Positions 1-13,263 of a stretch of DNA of 64,000 nucleotides are shown in pieces. Under the pieces are notes generated by a model, which was not told the origin of the DNA, did no database searches, and saw only the letters and a program-made list of their open reading frames with translations. Origin of the DNA: the human T2T-CHM13v2.0 reference genome, Homo sapiens; the NCBI RefSeq assembly GCF_009914755.1, contig NC_060928.1; one strand, given 5' to 3'. A program made the translations under genes and the position numbers. The first letter of the stretch is position 1. Each line of letters opens with the position of its first letter.

Positions 1-29
1 GTTTTTGGGTAAGGGATGCTCAACGTGTA
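1..29. mobile_element. Tigger4/MER46-type DNA transposon terminus (cut by window edge)
   Basis: TAAGGGATGCTCAACGTG followed by TA resembles the Tigger4 terminal inverted repeat plus TA target site. Confidence 0.5.
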
Positions 30-47
30 ATAACCCAATATGATTAG

Positions 48-195
48 TACAATTATTATCCCAGTTTTACAGGTGTTGAATCTGAGTCACAAGTGATTAA
101 ATGGAAACCTATTCATGGTAAAACAGCTAGCAAGTATTGTATCCTTATTTGAACCCAAGCAGTCCAGCTTTAGAGTTTGTGCTTTTAATAATTGT
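48..195 (-). mobile_element. MIR SINE fragment
   Basis: ATTATTATCCCAGTTTTACAG...TTTGAACCCAAGCAGTC is the reverse complement of the MIR core. Confidence 0.7.
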
Positions 196-902
196 ATTGT
201 TCTAGAGTCTAAAACTACATTGAGTCTAAAATTAACCTAAAAATTACTCAATAACTATTCTGGGATCTATATGTTGTACACTAACATCCTGTGTGTGCAC
301 AGAAGGAAAAGACATGCTGGGTGAGAAATGACGTAGTCTGGTGAGAATTCACGATATTCTGCTCTGGTTCCACTATGACACAGAAAGCAAAGTCTTCTTC
401 TTGGAAGAAAAGACAGATAAGGAGATGTGAATGTTGGACTTCAGTAGATATTTAAAGAGTTATAATAGTCACAGTAGTGTATGCAGAAAGGAAATAACTA
501 CCCATAAATACAACTAAAATTTAAGATCTTATATATTTAGTGACCCAGGTCCACATTGTTACTGATTTTTTTCCACAGATCTCAGAAACTGAGAAAATAT
601 GGATTGTCCCAGGGTTAATAATAAAATAGGAATCATAGATATTTTCAAAGAAGTGCCTAAAATCATGGACTCAGGTTTAGGCAGAATAGAAAAAGTCCTG
701 ACAGAGAAAATGCTGAGCTCTGTTATTTTACTTTTGACTTCTCTAACTATGAAAAGGACGTTCAGTCTGGAAATGGCAGAGAAACATTGATCAAACAAAT
801 ATTGAAGTCCAAGGTAAATGGAACTATTGTTATGAGTGCATAGAGTTTCCAAGTGAATGCATGTTGTCTGTTCCAGAAAAGAGATGAGAATAAGTTTCCT
901 AT

Positions 903-1110
903 CTGAAGTCTGACTGCCTGGGTTCAAATGATCATTTTTGTGATAGTGAGTAAATTGTTTAAACTCTAAGCTTTCCTATACACAAAATGAGAATGATAGC
1001 TGTAACTTATGTCTGAGTGTTATAATAAGGATTAGCTGATTAAACCATGACACGTACAGATTAGTTCTTGGCATAGAGTAAGGACTTAATAAGTGTCCGC
1101 TCTTACCACT
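903..1110 (+). mobile_element. MIR SINE
   Basis: GACTGCCTGGGTTCAAAT...AAAATGAGAATGATA...GGCATAGAGTAAGGACTTAATAA. Confidence 0.7.
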
Positions 1111-1872
1111 AATATTGATGTTATTATCATCATAGACTAAAGGAATAAAGATGAAGAGTTGTCAGATGAAGAATTCACTATACGATAGCTTTTGTTTAAG
1201 ACAGTCAATCAGAGTCTGACTACTTCAAAAATAGCTTAAGTACATTACCCTGGAAAAAAGAAAAAATTGTAAAGTAGAATTTCTGGTATCTAGGATCTTA
1301 GAAGCAGAGGAGGAATGTATTTCTTTGTCATCTCTCTGAGTTAGTCCCAGTAAATTTGAATCTTAAGTATAAATTGTTGGTTGTATCCCTAAATAAAAAT
1401 ACAGCGCTTATATTTCTGTAATTCTTCAAAGTGTATGAAATTTTTTCCCTAGTATAAAAATAAAAAAGCGCAATGAGTAGGTACTAAGCCCGGTAAGACT
1501 GCCAAAGCAAACTAATGCAAGCTTTCTGGAATCTGTCCTACAATCGCCAAACATGTCTTATATCCTCACAAGTTTAACTGACTAATCCTTCCTTATCCTG
1601 GCCTTAACTAAAACCTGGCTCTTCTCAGATTTGTCGGAATCCGTTACTTGCGCCCCCCGAACAACTATGAATACATGTATCAATTTGCGGTCAAATAATG
1701 CTTATGATTAATTATCCGAGTCTCATAGTATCAATGAAATAGACAAGGATTCTTGATCTATTTGACTGAGTTTTTAAAAATGTTGTGGAAAATAGGTAAT
1801 GTCCATAATTACATGGTGGCTAAAACAGAAGAAAGTTGGTTGAAGGTGAGTAATACCAATAAAACAGCTACC

Positions 1873-2083
1873 CTAACACAGTGAAACCCCGTCTCTACTA
1901 AAAATACAAAAAATTAGCCGGGCGAGGCAGCGGGCGCCTGTAGTCCCAGCTACTCCGGAGGCTGAGGCAGGAGAATGGCGTGAACCCTGGGGGGCGGAGC
2001 CTGCAGTGAGCCGAGATCGCGCCACTGCACTCCAGCCTGGGCGACAGGGAGACTCCGTCTCAAAAACAAACAAACAAACAAAA
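1873..2083 (+). mobile_element. 5'-truncated AluY (AluYe-like)
   Basis: Alu linker and right arm with GGGGGGCGGAGCCTGCAG, (CAAA)n tail, 12-bp TSD AAAACAGCTACC at 1861-1872 and 2084-2095. Confidence 0.93.
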
Positions 2084-2095
2084 AAAACAGCTACC

Positions 2096-2250
2096 ATGTA
2101 CCAGGTATTGTTTTAAGTGATTCACATACAACTGCTACTATTAGTAAGTAGGTACTACTGATATTTCTTACCTTAAGAATTAGAGAGCTGAGTCCGAGAA
2201 AGATTGCATAATGACCTAAGGTTTTAGAGGAAGGAAAATGTCAGGATTAT
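2096..2250 (-). mobile_element. MIR fragment adjoining the Alu
   Basis: ATGTACCAGGTATTGTTTTAAGTG...GCTGAG...ATGACCTAAGG. Confidence 0.5.
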
Positions 2251-3809
2251 AAAATATGATTATAATTATACACCTTATGGATAATCTTTCTGTAATACAA
2301 ATTTCTGCTACTATAATGGGATCCAGACTATAATAGATTTTTTGTTTTTACATTAAATTATGCATGATCTAGAAATTCAAACAGAAATTAATAGTTCCTA
2401 TATTGTAATGGCTTCACAGTACCCCAAAACAGAAATGTCACTGCTTTTTACTCTTGGCAGACTTCTTGTCATCAAGAACTTAGAATTTCTTTTGTTTGGT
2501 TTAAATCATCAGGGTATGATCCATGCGGGTTCTTCAAGACATGCTCAGCTACTAAAACCTATCAGTCTGCAGACTGTTTCCAAGAAGATATTTTACAGGT
2601 AAATGTAAAACCTCATCGCTTTGTCAATCTTATGAACTCTTGCAGAATTCTGTTTTACACAGCCCTCTCACCTGACTGACTTTTCTACTTAATCCTTGCT
2701 GGAACAGAGTTGAGCCATCACTCAGTCAGAGATAACACTGCACTTCTAGCAGCCTCCCAGACCCTAATCTAATTTTCTGTCACCCTTTGAATCTCTAATA
2801 GGACTATTTTATTAGGCATCTCTCTTTCAAACTTTTGACTCAGTCTGGACAGACTCTCTTCAGGAGCTGCTCTTGATTTTCAAATTTTTGCTGACATTGT
2901 AATGGTTATAAAAAAGAAGCCTCTTACTATGTACTACAGTGCTTTAACCTTAATAAAAACAGACTGATTTCTGAAATCTAGGTTTCCATTTCAATATACC
3001 ATCCTCCAGAAAATGGAGTTGCCAGTAAAACTAGATAAGCTAAATATCTTTGGTCATATGTAGACAGTGTTCATGTCGAGCAAGCTTTCTCGCCCTCTGT
3101 TTTTTATGTAAATACAATATTTAAATAGTCATTAAATTTTCTTAATGTGGGGAGGTAAGCCTATGACTGTGGTAGGAGTTTCTCAGGAACATCTAGACTT
3201 TAAGCAAAGCAGTTGATGTAAATAAATCAATTTTCAAACTTATGCAATATTTATTATGCCTAAAATCTGATCATTTATGGGGAAATTATTGGCTCATGTA
3301 TTATCTCTTTTCTTTTAAATCATAGTGAGGAACTTTTTATTTCCATTTCTTGATCTTTGCCCTGTATTAGTTAATATGATAAGATTATTGGGGAATTCAA
3401 TGATAGTATTAAGTAGTGACTAAAATATTGCACATATGAAAACCTAGGATTAAAGTTTAGATATGCTGTCCTCCAGTTTAGTTAAAGCTATTTTCTCACC
3501 TCTGCCCTTTTACAAGGCATACATTACTGTTACATGTGAAGGTTCTATAGGATAGTAGACTGGGAGCCCAAGAGTCAATTAAAATAATCTGAAATTGGAT
3601 ACCAGGAGTGTGAAATCTGGAAAAACTGCAGTTAAGAATTTTTCTGTTTCTTTGTTTTTTGAATAAAATTAAATTTGAAGCTAGAAAATATAATTACTAT
3701 CAACAGTTAATACACAGCAAATTAGAAAATGTTACAAGAAGAGTTAGCACACGAGCAGTGTGAAATAATTATTTCTAGGGCCATCTGTAAACCTAAGAAT
3801 TCAGGCATT

Positions 3810-4822
3810 CATAAAAGGAAACAATAATGAATTGAACTTCATCACAATTAAGAATTTTGTTCTTCGAAAGACCTTGTTAAGACAATGATAAAGAAAAGCC
3901 ACAGGCTGAAAGAAAATAGATGTCAATCAATATTTCTGATGAAGTATTTATATCCAGAATATATACAGAACTCTCAAATCTCAATAATAACAAAAAATTG
4001 TATAAAAATGAGCATAACATCTGAAAGGCACTTTACCAGATAATTTATGTCAATGGCAAATAACCATATGAAATAATGTTCAACGTTATCAGTCATTAGG
4101 GAAATGCAGATAAAAGCCACAATGACAAATGATTGTACACCTATGAAAACTACTTTTAAAAATGAAGAGAAAGAAAGACATTGACATTACTAAGTGTACT
4201 GGGAAAAATGAAGAGCATTGCATTGCTTTTTGGGATGCAAAAGTTTAGCTAAGAGTTTGCCACTTTTAGCAAGGAGTTGCACAGTTTCTTTTAAAGTTAA
4301 ACATGCCATTATCATATTACCTAGTAATTCTATTCTTGAATATTTACAGTACAGTCAAAACTTATGTTCACATGAAAATCTGTATGTGAATGTTATAGCA
4401 GTTTTATTTGTAATTGCCCAAAGTGAGAACATCCTAAATATCCTTCAACTGGTGAATGAATAAACTGTGCTGCATCCATATAATGTGACACTGCTCAGCA
4501 GTAAAAAAGAACAAACTATTAATACTTGAAACAATACGGATGGATCCCAAATGCATTATACGAAAGAAAGAAGCCAGACTCAAAAGGCCACGTGTTATAT
4601 AATTACATCTACACGACATTCTGGGAAAGGCAAAGCTATGTAGACATAAAAAGGATCAGTGGGTAAAGAAGCAAGAGGGAATTTATGGAGTGAATAGAAT
4701 TTTTAATATCTTGATTTTAGTGATGAATGCATGGCTGTATGTGATTATTAAAAATCAGGGAACTGTATGCTAAAAAAGGGTAAATTTTGTTGTATATAAA
4801 TTACACCTCAATTTTAAAAAAC
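3810..4822 (+). mobile_element. Old L1M (L1MC/MD/ME-type) 3' end
   Basis: Degenerate ORF2 end and 3'UTR motifs (TCATTAGGGAAATGCAGATAAAAGCCACAATGA; GAAAGAAGCCAGACTCAAAAGG; ends AAATTACACCTCAATTTTAAAAAA). Confidence 0.85.
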
Positions 4823-4967
4823 AGAAGAAACCTGAGTCACAATTACCACACTCTAATGCAGAGAACAATCTAAACAAATCTAATAGTACTTTTTAAAAAT
4901 TATCAAAATCTATTGTTCCATGGTCTTCTGTTATATAAAACTAGAAAACGTAGAAAACTAGTTTAGA

Positions 4968-5287
<320 letters not shown>

Positions 5288-6254
5288 CTAAACTAAAACC
5301 TTGGTCCGTTTTAAGGTTCTGGGATAAAAGCTGTTCACCTGCCTTAAACACCATGAATAAAATTGTAAATACAATAATAAATATTAAATTAACTTCTGAT
5401 CAAACATAACTTTTTCAGAAAAACAACTGTTTTCAAAGATTTACCTTTAAAGGTAAGTGTTCCTTGACTGGAAGTATTTACAGTGAGGTCAGATGACTCC
5501 CAGTTGGAATCCTTTTCAGCAACCTATAATCTTGTACTAGCATGTAAGTTCCCCTCCATACTTTTTCAAAATGGTCCAAGCAAATGTTTATATCAGTCTG
5601 ATGTTCAAAGAGTTTAATTAGAAGTAAAAAACGTAAGTTGGCCTATACCAATGAAATCTGCATTCTTTATTGTGCTGCTTATTATTCCACTGTGTTATAA
5701 AAAGATCATAAAATAAGACTGCTATAATTTCTTTTTTAAAAATGAGAATATAGGCATACAGAACTTCAATTGTAGGGGGAGACAATGGAGAAATTAAAAG
5801 AAAATTTTAGATTAAACCTTCACCAAATCTTTACATCTCTTTTCTATCTGGCACAAAAGTAGTTTTAACCACTATTTTCATTTTTAACTTTTTTTTAATC
5901 AAGTATTCTGGTGTTGTACAGATACAATATAATTCAAAAAATAACAGGACATTTTAGATAAGACAGGGATGCTTACTGCGACTCCACTTATCTGTATAAT
6001 CAAGATAAATTTCTCATAAAGACAGGTTGAGAAATTATGCTATAGAAACAGGAAATTGGTTTATAACCTTTGTTTATTCTTTATTTATAATAAAAAAACA
6101 AAAATATATAAGGTATGAGTCACAGGTTTATCCATTATCCATTAAAAATTGGAACAATTATGTGAAAGGTACTGGTTGAATAGCCATAAGAAAGCTGAGC
6201 CTGACAGCTCTTTATTTAGGAACAAATAGATATTTTATGATTTACAAGAGAAAT

Positions 6255-6269
6255 CTCTTTCTCTCTCTG

Positions 6270-6323
<54 letters not shown>

Positions 6324-6325
6324 AC
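6255..6325. repeat. Compound (CT)n(CA)n microsatellite
   Basis: Seen directly. Confidence 0.95.
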
Positions 6326-6625
6326 TCCTTACATACAACTTTTTAAAGTTAAATTATGATTATAATAAAGTACATTGAATTTTTCTTTCAATGTTTGTTT
6401 CCAGATTTGAAGTAGCACAAAATAACATCTATGCTTAGGCCTGCTAGCTTTAGAAGGAAAAAAGGTTCATTCACAAGACATATATTTCAGAAAGACAGAA
6501 TAAACAGGGCCTATAAGTACATGGGCAGTGATAGATATTGGAGCTGCATAGGAGCTGGGACACTACCAAGAATGCATGAAAAACCTTGTGTGATTTATCT
6601 GTCAGTTAGAGAAATAGTGTACCAT

Positions 6626-7015
6626 TGCTAGTTTGAATGTTCACCCCCTACAAATCTCATGTTGAAATTTAATCCTCATTGTGACAGTGTTGAGAAGTGG
6701 GGTGTAGTGGGAGGTGTTTGTGTCATGGGTGCAGATCCTACATGAATAGATTTATGCCCTCCCTGGACGAGGGGGTGAGTGAATTATGAATATTTTAGTT
6801 CCTATGGGAGTTGGTTGTTTAAAAATAATAATAAAAAAAGCCTGGCACTTCCCTCTCTCTCTTGCTTCCTCTCTTACCATGTGATCTCTGCACAGCTCCC
6901 CTTTTCCTTTCACCATTTGTGGAAGCAGCCTGAAGCTTTCACCAGTGCCCTATCTTCTTCATAAATTACCCAGCCTCAGTTATTCATTTATAGCAACACT
7001 AAATGAACTAAGACA
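6626..7015 (+). mobile_element. MaLR solo LTR (MSTB-like)
   Basis: TG...CA termini, ATAAATTACCCAGCCTCAG, exact 5-bp TSD ACCAT. Confidence 0.9.
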
Positions 7016-7112
7016 ACCATCTAGCCAGAGACTTCAAATAACCAAGTAGAATTAAGCAAAACAACTGAAACCATGTACTACAAACATGGTAGTAAAGCTA
7101 GTTTAAACCTTT

Positions 7113-7130
7113 ATGTGTATATATACACAC

Positions 7131-7166
<36 letters not shown>

Positions 7167-7177
7167 ATATATATATG
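7113..7177. repeat. (TA)n/(CA)n/(TG)n simple repeat
   Basis: Seen directly. Confidence 0.9.
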
Positions 7178-8654
7178 CCTAAAATATCTCACTGCTGATA
7201 GTTTTTCTTCAACAGCCAATTAACAACTTGTTAAAAAAATCAGAATAAAGTAGTTTTGTTTTAATCTGAAGGGATTTCTAGCTTTTTTCTATCAATTTTT
7301 AAAACAATATAAGAAAAATAAAAGTATCCTATCATTCTTGTTACTGTACCAGCCCCTATGCAACTCCATTATCTATCACTGCCTAAAGAATGACAGGTTA
7401 TATGGAAAATAACCTGAATGGGATAGGGATTGGCATTTATTTGTTTTTTGCTTTCTCCGAAGCAAATCCTATAAGCAATAGATTATTAATAAGAGAATTT
7501 GCATGGTCATTGGTACCAAGAAATTTTTGGGTTTCATTGGTCACCAGGCATGTATTCCTCTCAGAAGCAGAATTATTCCTATAATTTTATCTTTTTTTCC
7601 CTTGATCAACTGCATATTTTCAGTCTTTCTTGTAATTTCCACTGCAATAAAGATAGAAGAAATTGAGAGGCTATTCTTTCTGATCCACAACAGTGAGGAT
7701 TTAGTATTTCAAAAGCCCAGAGGCATTTGCCAACACTCTTGGATACCTAACGGAGATAGTAATCTTTTTATTTTTTGGCTGAAATTATATTTACTGAGTG
7801 AGGGTGGTTGTCATAATGATAGAAGACTAGATTGATAGTAAAAAGATTTGTCTTTGAAAAAGAAAAATGAGGAAACAAAGTTTAATCAAATAAGGCATTT
7901 TATTAGGTAGACCAGATTCTTCAACATATGGAGTACATGTGGGAAAACATAATAATAAAAAGGTCATTGATGGTAAAAAGTTTGGGAACTATATACTAAA
8001 CTGTCTTCTCTTCCCAAATGTTGAGAATGTTTTTAATGTTGAATGGGGGGAGTTAAGAAAGAAAATGTCAAAAATCTCCATCTTCTTTATTTCAACAGGT
8101 TTATATAAAACTGTAGCCTGTAGGAATTATTTGTAAAAATGTGTATTAAATTGTTAAATAAAATGTGGCAAAGTTAGCAAAGGGCTTAATTGTTCTAACT
8201 ATTTTCAAAGCTTTTGGGTAAAAATTGGGTGGTTCAATTGTATGTATGGTATGCATTGTGCCATTTTGTAAGATTCACATAGGTGAGGAATGTCGTTAAT
8301 CAACTTACCTAAAATGCTTATTTTAAATGCAAATATAAGAGCATTTAACTCAGATACAGAATTACTGAAATTATACAACTTGTATTTAGTAGCTCATACA
8401 TGCATATGTATTTTGTTTTTACCAGGAGAGTACAAATGCTGCACAAAACTTACTGTTTTTATTTCATTTCTTGATATGTGCATATTCTACATATTCTATC
8501 AACACTCTTGACCTTTGGCTTACTAACGAATAAAAATAGATTTAAAAAAAATGGAACTATGGGCTGCCTATGTTTCTCTTTCCTTCTAAGTCACATTTTC
8601 AAGGCAGTGTTGGCTAACACAATGAAGTAACAGGAATAAAAAAGAATATAAGAT

Positions 8655-9665
8655 TTCTTGGTTGATTGTGTTTCTTGGTATGTCATTGTCTGCTTTCTGT
8701 ATTTCAAGCAAATTAAAACTTTTTATATTTTAGTTAGTCTTTTCATATTTTCCATTTATCTTTTCAATACATTTAATTTTTTCTACCTCCTTAACCATAT
8801 GGAATATAATCATAATAACTGTTTTAACCTACTTGTCTACTTTTTCTATCATTTGCATCATTTCTGAGTCATTTTTTGTTAGACTTTCTGTTCTTTATAG
8901 GTTATATTTCCCTGATTCTTTGCATGCTGGGTAATTTTTATATTAAATACCAGATACTGTGAATTTCATTTGTTTTGGCTCTATAATATTTTTGTATTCT
9001 TATGAATATTTTTGTATTTCTTGAGCTTTGTGCTAGATCACATGTGTTTTAAAAGTTGGATCCCTTTGAGCCTTGCTTTTAAGCTCTATTAGGCAGGACA
9101 AGAGCTGCATTTATTTTAAGGTTTTCCTACTACTGAGCCAAGACCCTTCTTTGTACTCTTAATGGATACCTGTGAATTTTAAGGCATTTTTATTCTAGCT
9201 GTCAGGAGAAATCACTATTCTTGGTCCTGTTTGAGCTATGGCTACTTTTCCTGAAAATTATTTTGGGTGGCTCTTTGGCCTCAGATAGTTTTCTCACCTG
9301 CATGGGTTGATGACTATTAAACTGAATACTCAAGGGGGACCCTCTGCAGATCTCTGAGGTTTTCTCTTCATGTCCTCTCTCTTGTCTGGTATTCTATAAA
9401 CTCTAGGCACATGGAAATTCCTACTTATCTCTACTGGCTTTTCCCTCTCTACCCTATGGCTTGGAAACTTTCTCTAGGCAGTAAGCTGGGACAGTAATAG
9501 GACTTACGTCATTTGTGTTCCAACTCTGAAATATCACTGCCCTTCTTTTATAATATCTAATGTCTTAAGTACTGTTGTTTCATATGTGTTGTCTGGTATT
9601 TTAGTTACCTCAAGCAGAAGGGTAAATCAAATCCCTGCTACTCCATCTTAATTGGAAGCAGAAGT
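8655..9665 (-). mobile_element. Ancient L1ME/L1M4-type 5' region
   Basis: T-rich tract with GAATACTCAAGGGGGACCCTCTGCAGATCTCTG and terminal CTACTCCATCTTAATTGGAAGCAGAAGT, recalled from old L1 5' ends. Confidence 0.6.
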
Positions 9666-9973
9666 AAGGCAATCTTGACTCTAATCTATAGATCAATTTT
9701 TGTTGTTTCTTAATTTTCTAATAAATATATATGAGAATTTGAAATTATATTTATCATGTCTTAAGCTTGCCAGAATTAACTGGCATGTACATTATAAAAT
9801 TTTATGATTATTATTTCCACTCTTGTGGAAATAATAGTCTTGTTCTTACTTGTTGAAAGTCCCCTAAAGTCTTATTATTCAGAATGGTAGGCTGACTAAA
9901 AGCATTGGTATCACTAGAGAGTGCATTTGAATTTCAGAGGTAAGGCAGAATCTCAGGCTCCACCCAGACCTAC

Positions 9974-10599
<626 letters not shown>

Positions 10600-10799
10600 C
10601 CTACTGAATAAAAATCTTCATTTCAACAAATCCCCAAGTTAAACATGTAAATTTTAAAAAGCAGTGCACTATGAGGCACCTGTTAAGAAGGAACCTCCAT
10701 CTCATTTTTAGTTTCCTAGTGGGAAATCTTAGTCAAGGTTAAGGATCTTAACCTTGTTTGTACATCAGGACATTCCTCTTGGTAATATAGCCATTATGC

Positions 10800-10990
10800 A
10801 TTTGCATCCCTGCTCTGTCAATTTCTAGATGTGTGAATTTGGATATGATAGTTTTTAGTCTGTTTTTTCATCCACAAAGTAGAACTAATGCCACCTACTT
10901 TATAGGAATGTTTTAAAAGTAAAATTAAATATTACATTTAGTATCTGGTACATGATAACTTCTAAACAAATGGTAATTATGAATATTATT
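10800..10990 (+). mobile_element. MIR
   Basis: CTAGATGTGTGAATTTGG...TTTTTTCATCCACAAAGT...CCTACTTTATAGG. Confidence 0.55.
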
Positions 10991-10995
10991 GGATT

Positions 10996-11102
10996 ATTAG
11001 GCTGTAAGTTTCTGGAAGGAGAGAGTCATATCAAGTTTCTTTGCATTCCCCTCAAACCTAAAAGAGTAGATACTTAATAAAGGTTGGCTGATTGATTGAT
11101 TG
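10996..11102 (+). mobile_element. L2 3' end
   Basis: CTGTAAGTTTCTGGAAGG...TACTTAATAAAGGTTGG with (GATT)n tail. Confidence 0.55.
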
Positions 11103-12221
11103 CAATGACATTTGAGTAATTCTCCAGGTAATTAAGAAATGAAATTGAAGTTAATAAACTACCTCAAATGAGTAGATTATATGACTCATTGAGCAGTCAT
11201 AATCATTGAAGGAGAAAATAGACCCTCTCTACTTCATTCATGTTTAAGAGCAGAGTATGCTAAACCCATTGATTTTCAATGTTCATCAAGAGAATTTCAC
11301 ATAAAGTTAGTTTCACCTACTTCTTATTCCATCTTAATCAACAAAGATACTGCCTTACTAAGATATCTTTATTACATACTCCTGCCAAGGTCTAATTGAA
11401 GGTGCAATGGTCCCCATTGTAGTGCTGCAATGCACTTTAATTATATTCTTCAAAATGATATTTTTTGGAGAGATAACAACTCAAATAAGGAAAAAAGGAA
11501 ATTTCAGCCCAATGCATCATTATTCAGTGTGTTGTTCTTTAAATACAAAGATATGATTGCCTTGCAATTTCCAGGACACCAATTTTAAGATATTGTTTCT
11601 ACATATCCTCCTCCGCCTAATTTTGATAAAATATTGGAGCTAATCTACCAATGCTCTTTCCAATTATTTCTCTTTTAAAATATAGAGGAATAATTTTTGA
11701 AAAATTATGGAATGCTCCATAAGCCTCAGTTTCTAAACCCAGTGGACTAAAATAATGATTACAACAAAATTAAGAGAATAATCTAGCAAATGAACATTTT
11801 ATGTCAGAAATGAAAAATTTTAACATTACTCAAAAGCAATTAAAAAATAATATGCCAGAAGTATCAAAATAATTTTTAAAATTAACCTACTCTTTAATGT
11901 TGTATTCTAAATGTAAACACCATTATTAAATTATTTTAAGGTTATAATGTACTGGTTTATTTGAAATAGAGAAAAACATTGTATCATTGTATCTTCTAAT
12001 TAATACTAGGAATTTTTTTCTTTCATTTGAGAGTTTATTACCTTTGAGAAAGGAAGATAAAATCTAGATATAAAATGTATGATCTTTAAAAGAAACAATT
12101 GGTAATTAACAACTAACAAGTTTTTATATGAAAATATACTCTTCCATAAATATGAACATCATGTGACCCAGATGATTTAAGTGAGTAAGATTTTAGAGAA
12201 ACAAATAAGATACCTTTGGGG

Positions 12222-12490
12222 TATAGGTTAGTGGTTAAAAGCATGGGCACAGAAGTCAGACTTTCCAATCTTAATTCTAATGCCTTTACCAACAACTTCT
12301 GGCACTTTTGGAATTAAAAAAAAATCTTCCGTTCCTTAGTTTATTCATTTGTGAAAATGAAGACAATGACAATAATGCTTTTCTCACTTTGTTGTTATAA
12401 TCACTAATGGATTGCTATTTGAAAAGAATGTTGAGCAACGACAAGAACATAGCACACACAAGATAAATATTACTAGTAAATGCTATCATT
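12222..12490 (+). mobile_element. MIR
   Basis: TAGTGGTTAAAAGCATGGGC...GTCAGAC...CATTTGTGAAAATG. Confidence 0.7.
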
Positions 12491-12684
12491 ACCAAACATA
12501 ATATTCTCCCTATACTGAAAAAGACCACTTTGATTTTATAAGAATGTACTTACGTTCCTCATGATAATATCAATGGAATACTCCAATTGATAGATAAATA
12601 GTCTTAAATCTCAATAAAATTTCAGAATATTTAATAGTGTGATTAGGAATGTAAAAAGAGTCATTCTGAAGGTGGGCAACTTGG

Positions 12685-12870
12685 ATAATGATTAAAGGCA
12701 CAGGTTTTAGAGTCTGACAGACTGAGTATGAAATACGGCTCTGCTATGCATTAGCAGGATAGCTTAGGTCAATCTCTACTTAATTTATATAAGCCTCCAT
12801 TTCCAAATCCAGAAAATGAGAGTATGGGTAATTATCTCACAGAACTATTATAAAAGCTAAATGATTGAAA
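12685..12870 (+). mobile_element. MIR
   Basis: TTTTAGAGTCTGACAGACTGAG...AAGCCTCCATTTCC...AAAATGAG. Confidence 0.65.
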
Positions 12871-12908
12871 TTTAGGTTTTCAGTTACATAAAAACCAGCA
12901 AGTATTTA

Positions 12909-13263
12909 TGTCTTAGTCTATTTGGGCTACTATAAGACAATATCATATACTGGATGGTTTATAAATAATAGAAATTTACTTCTCACAGTTCTGAAGGCTG
13001 GGAAATCCAAAATCAAGGGGCCAGAAGATTTGATGTGAAGTGAGAGCCTGCTTCCTCAAAGATAGTCTTCTTCTACTGTAACTTCACATGGCATAAGGGG
13101 CAAAGGATCTTTTTGGGATCCCTCTGGAATCTCTTTTATAAGGGTATTAATCTCATTTCCTCATGATCTAATCGCTTCCCAAAGCCTTAGTACCATCACT
13201 TTGCAGGATAGAATTTCAACAGAAGAACTGGTGCTGGGGGACACAAACATTCAGATTATAGTA
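12909..13263 (-). mobile_element. MLT1A-type MaLR solo LTR
   Basis: TGTCTTAGTCTATTTGGGCT...CTCACAGTTCTGAAGGCTGGGAA...ACACAAACATTCAGATTATAG. Confidence 0.85.

Noticed and set aside
559-927. 122-aa minus-strand ORF
   Set aside because: Non-ATG start inside a MIR and no recognisable protein similarity
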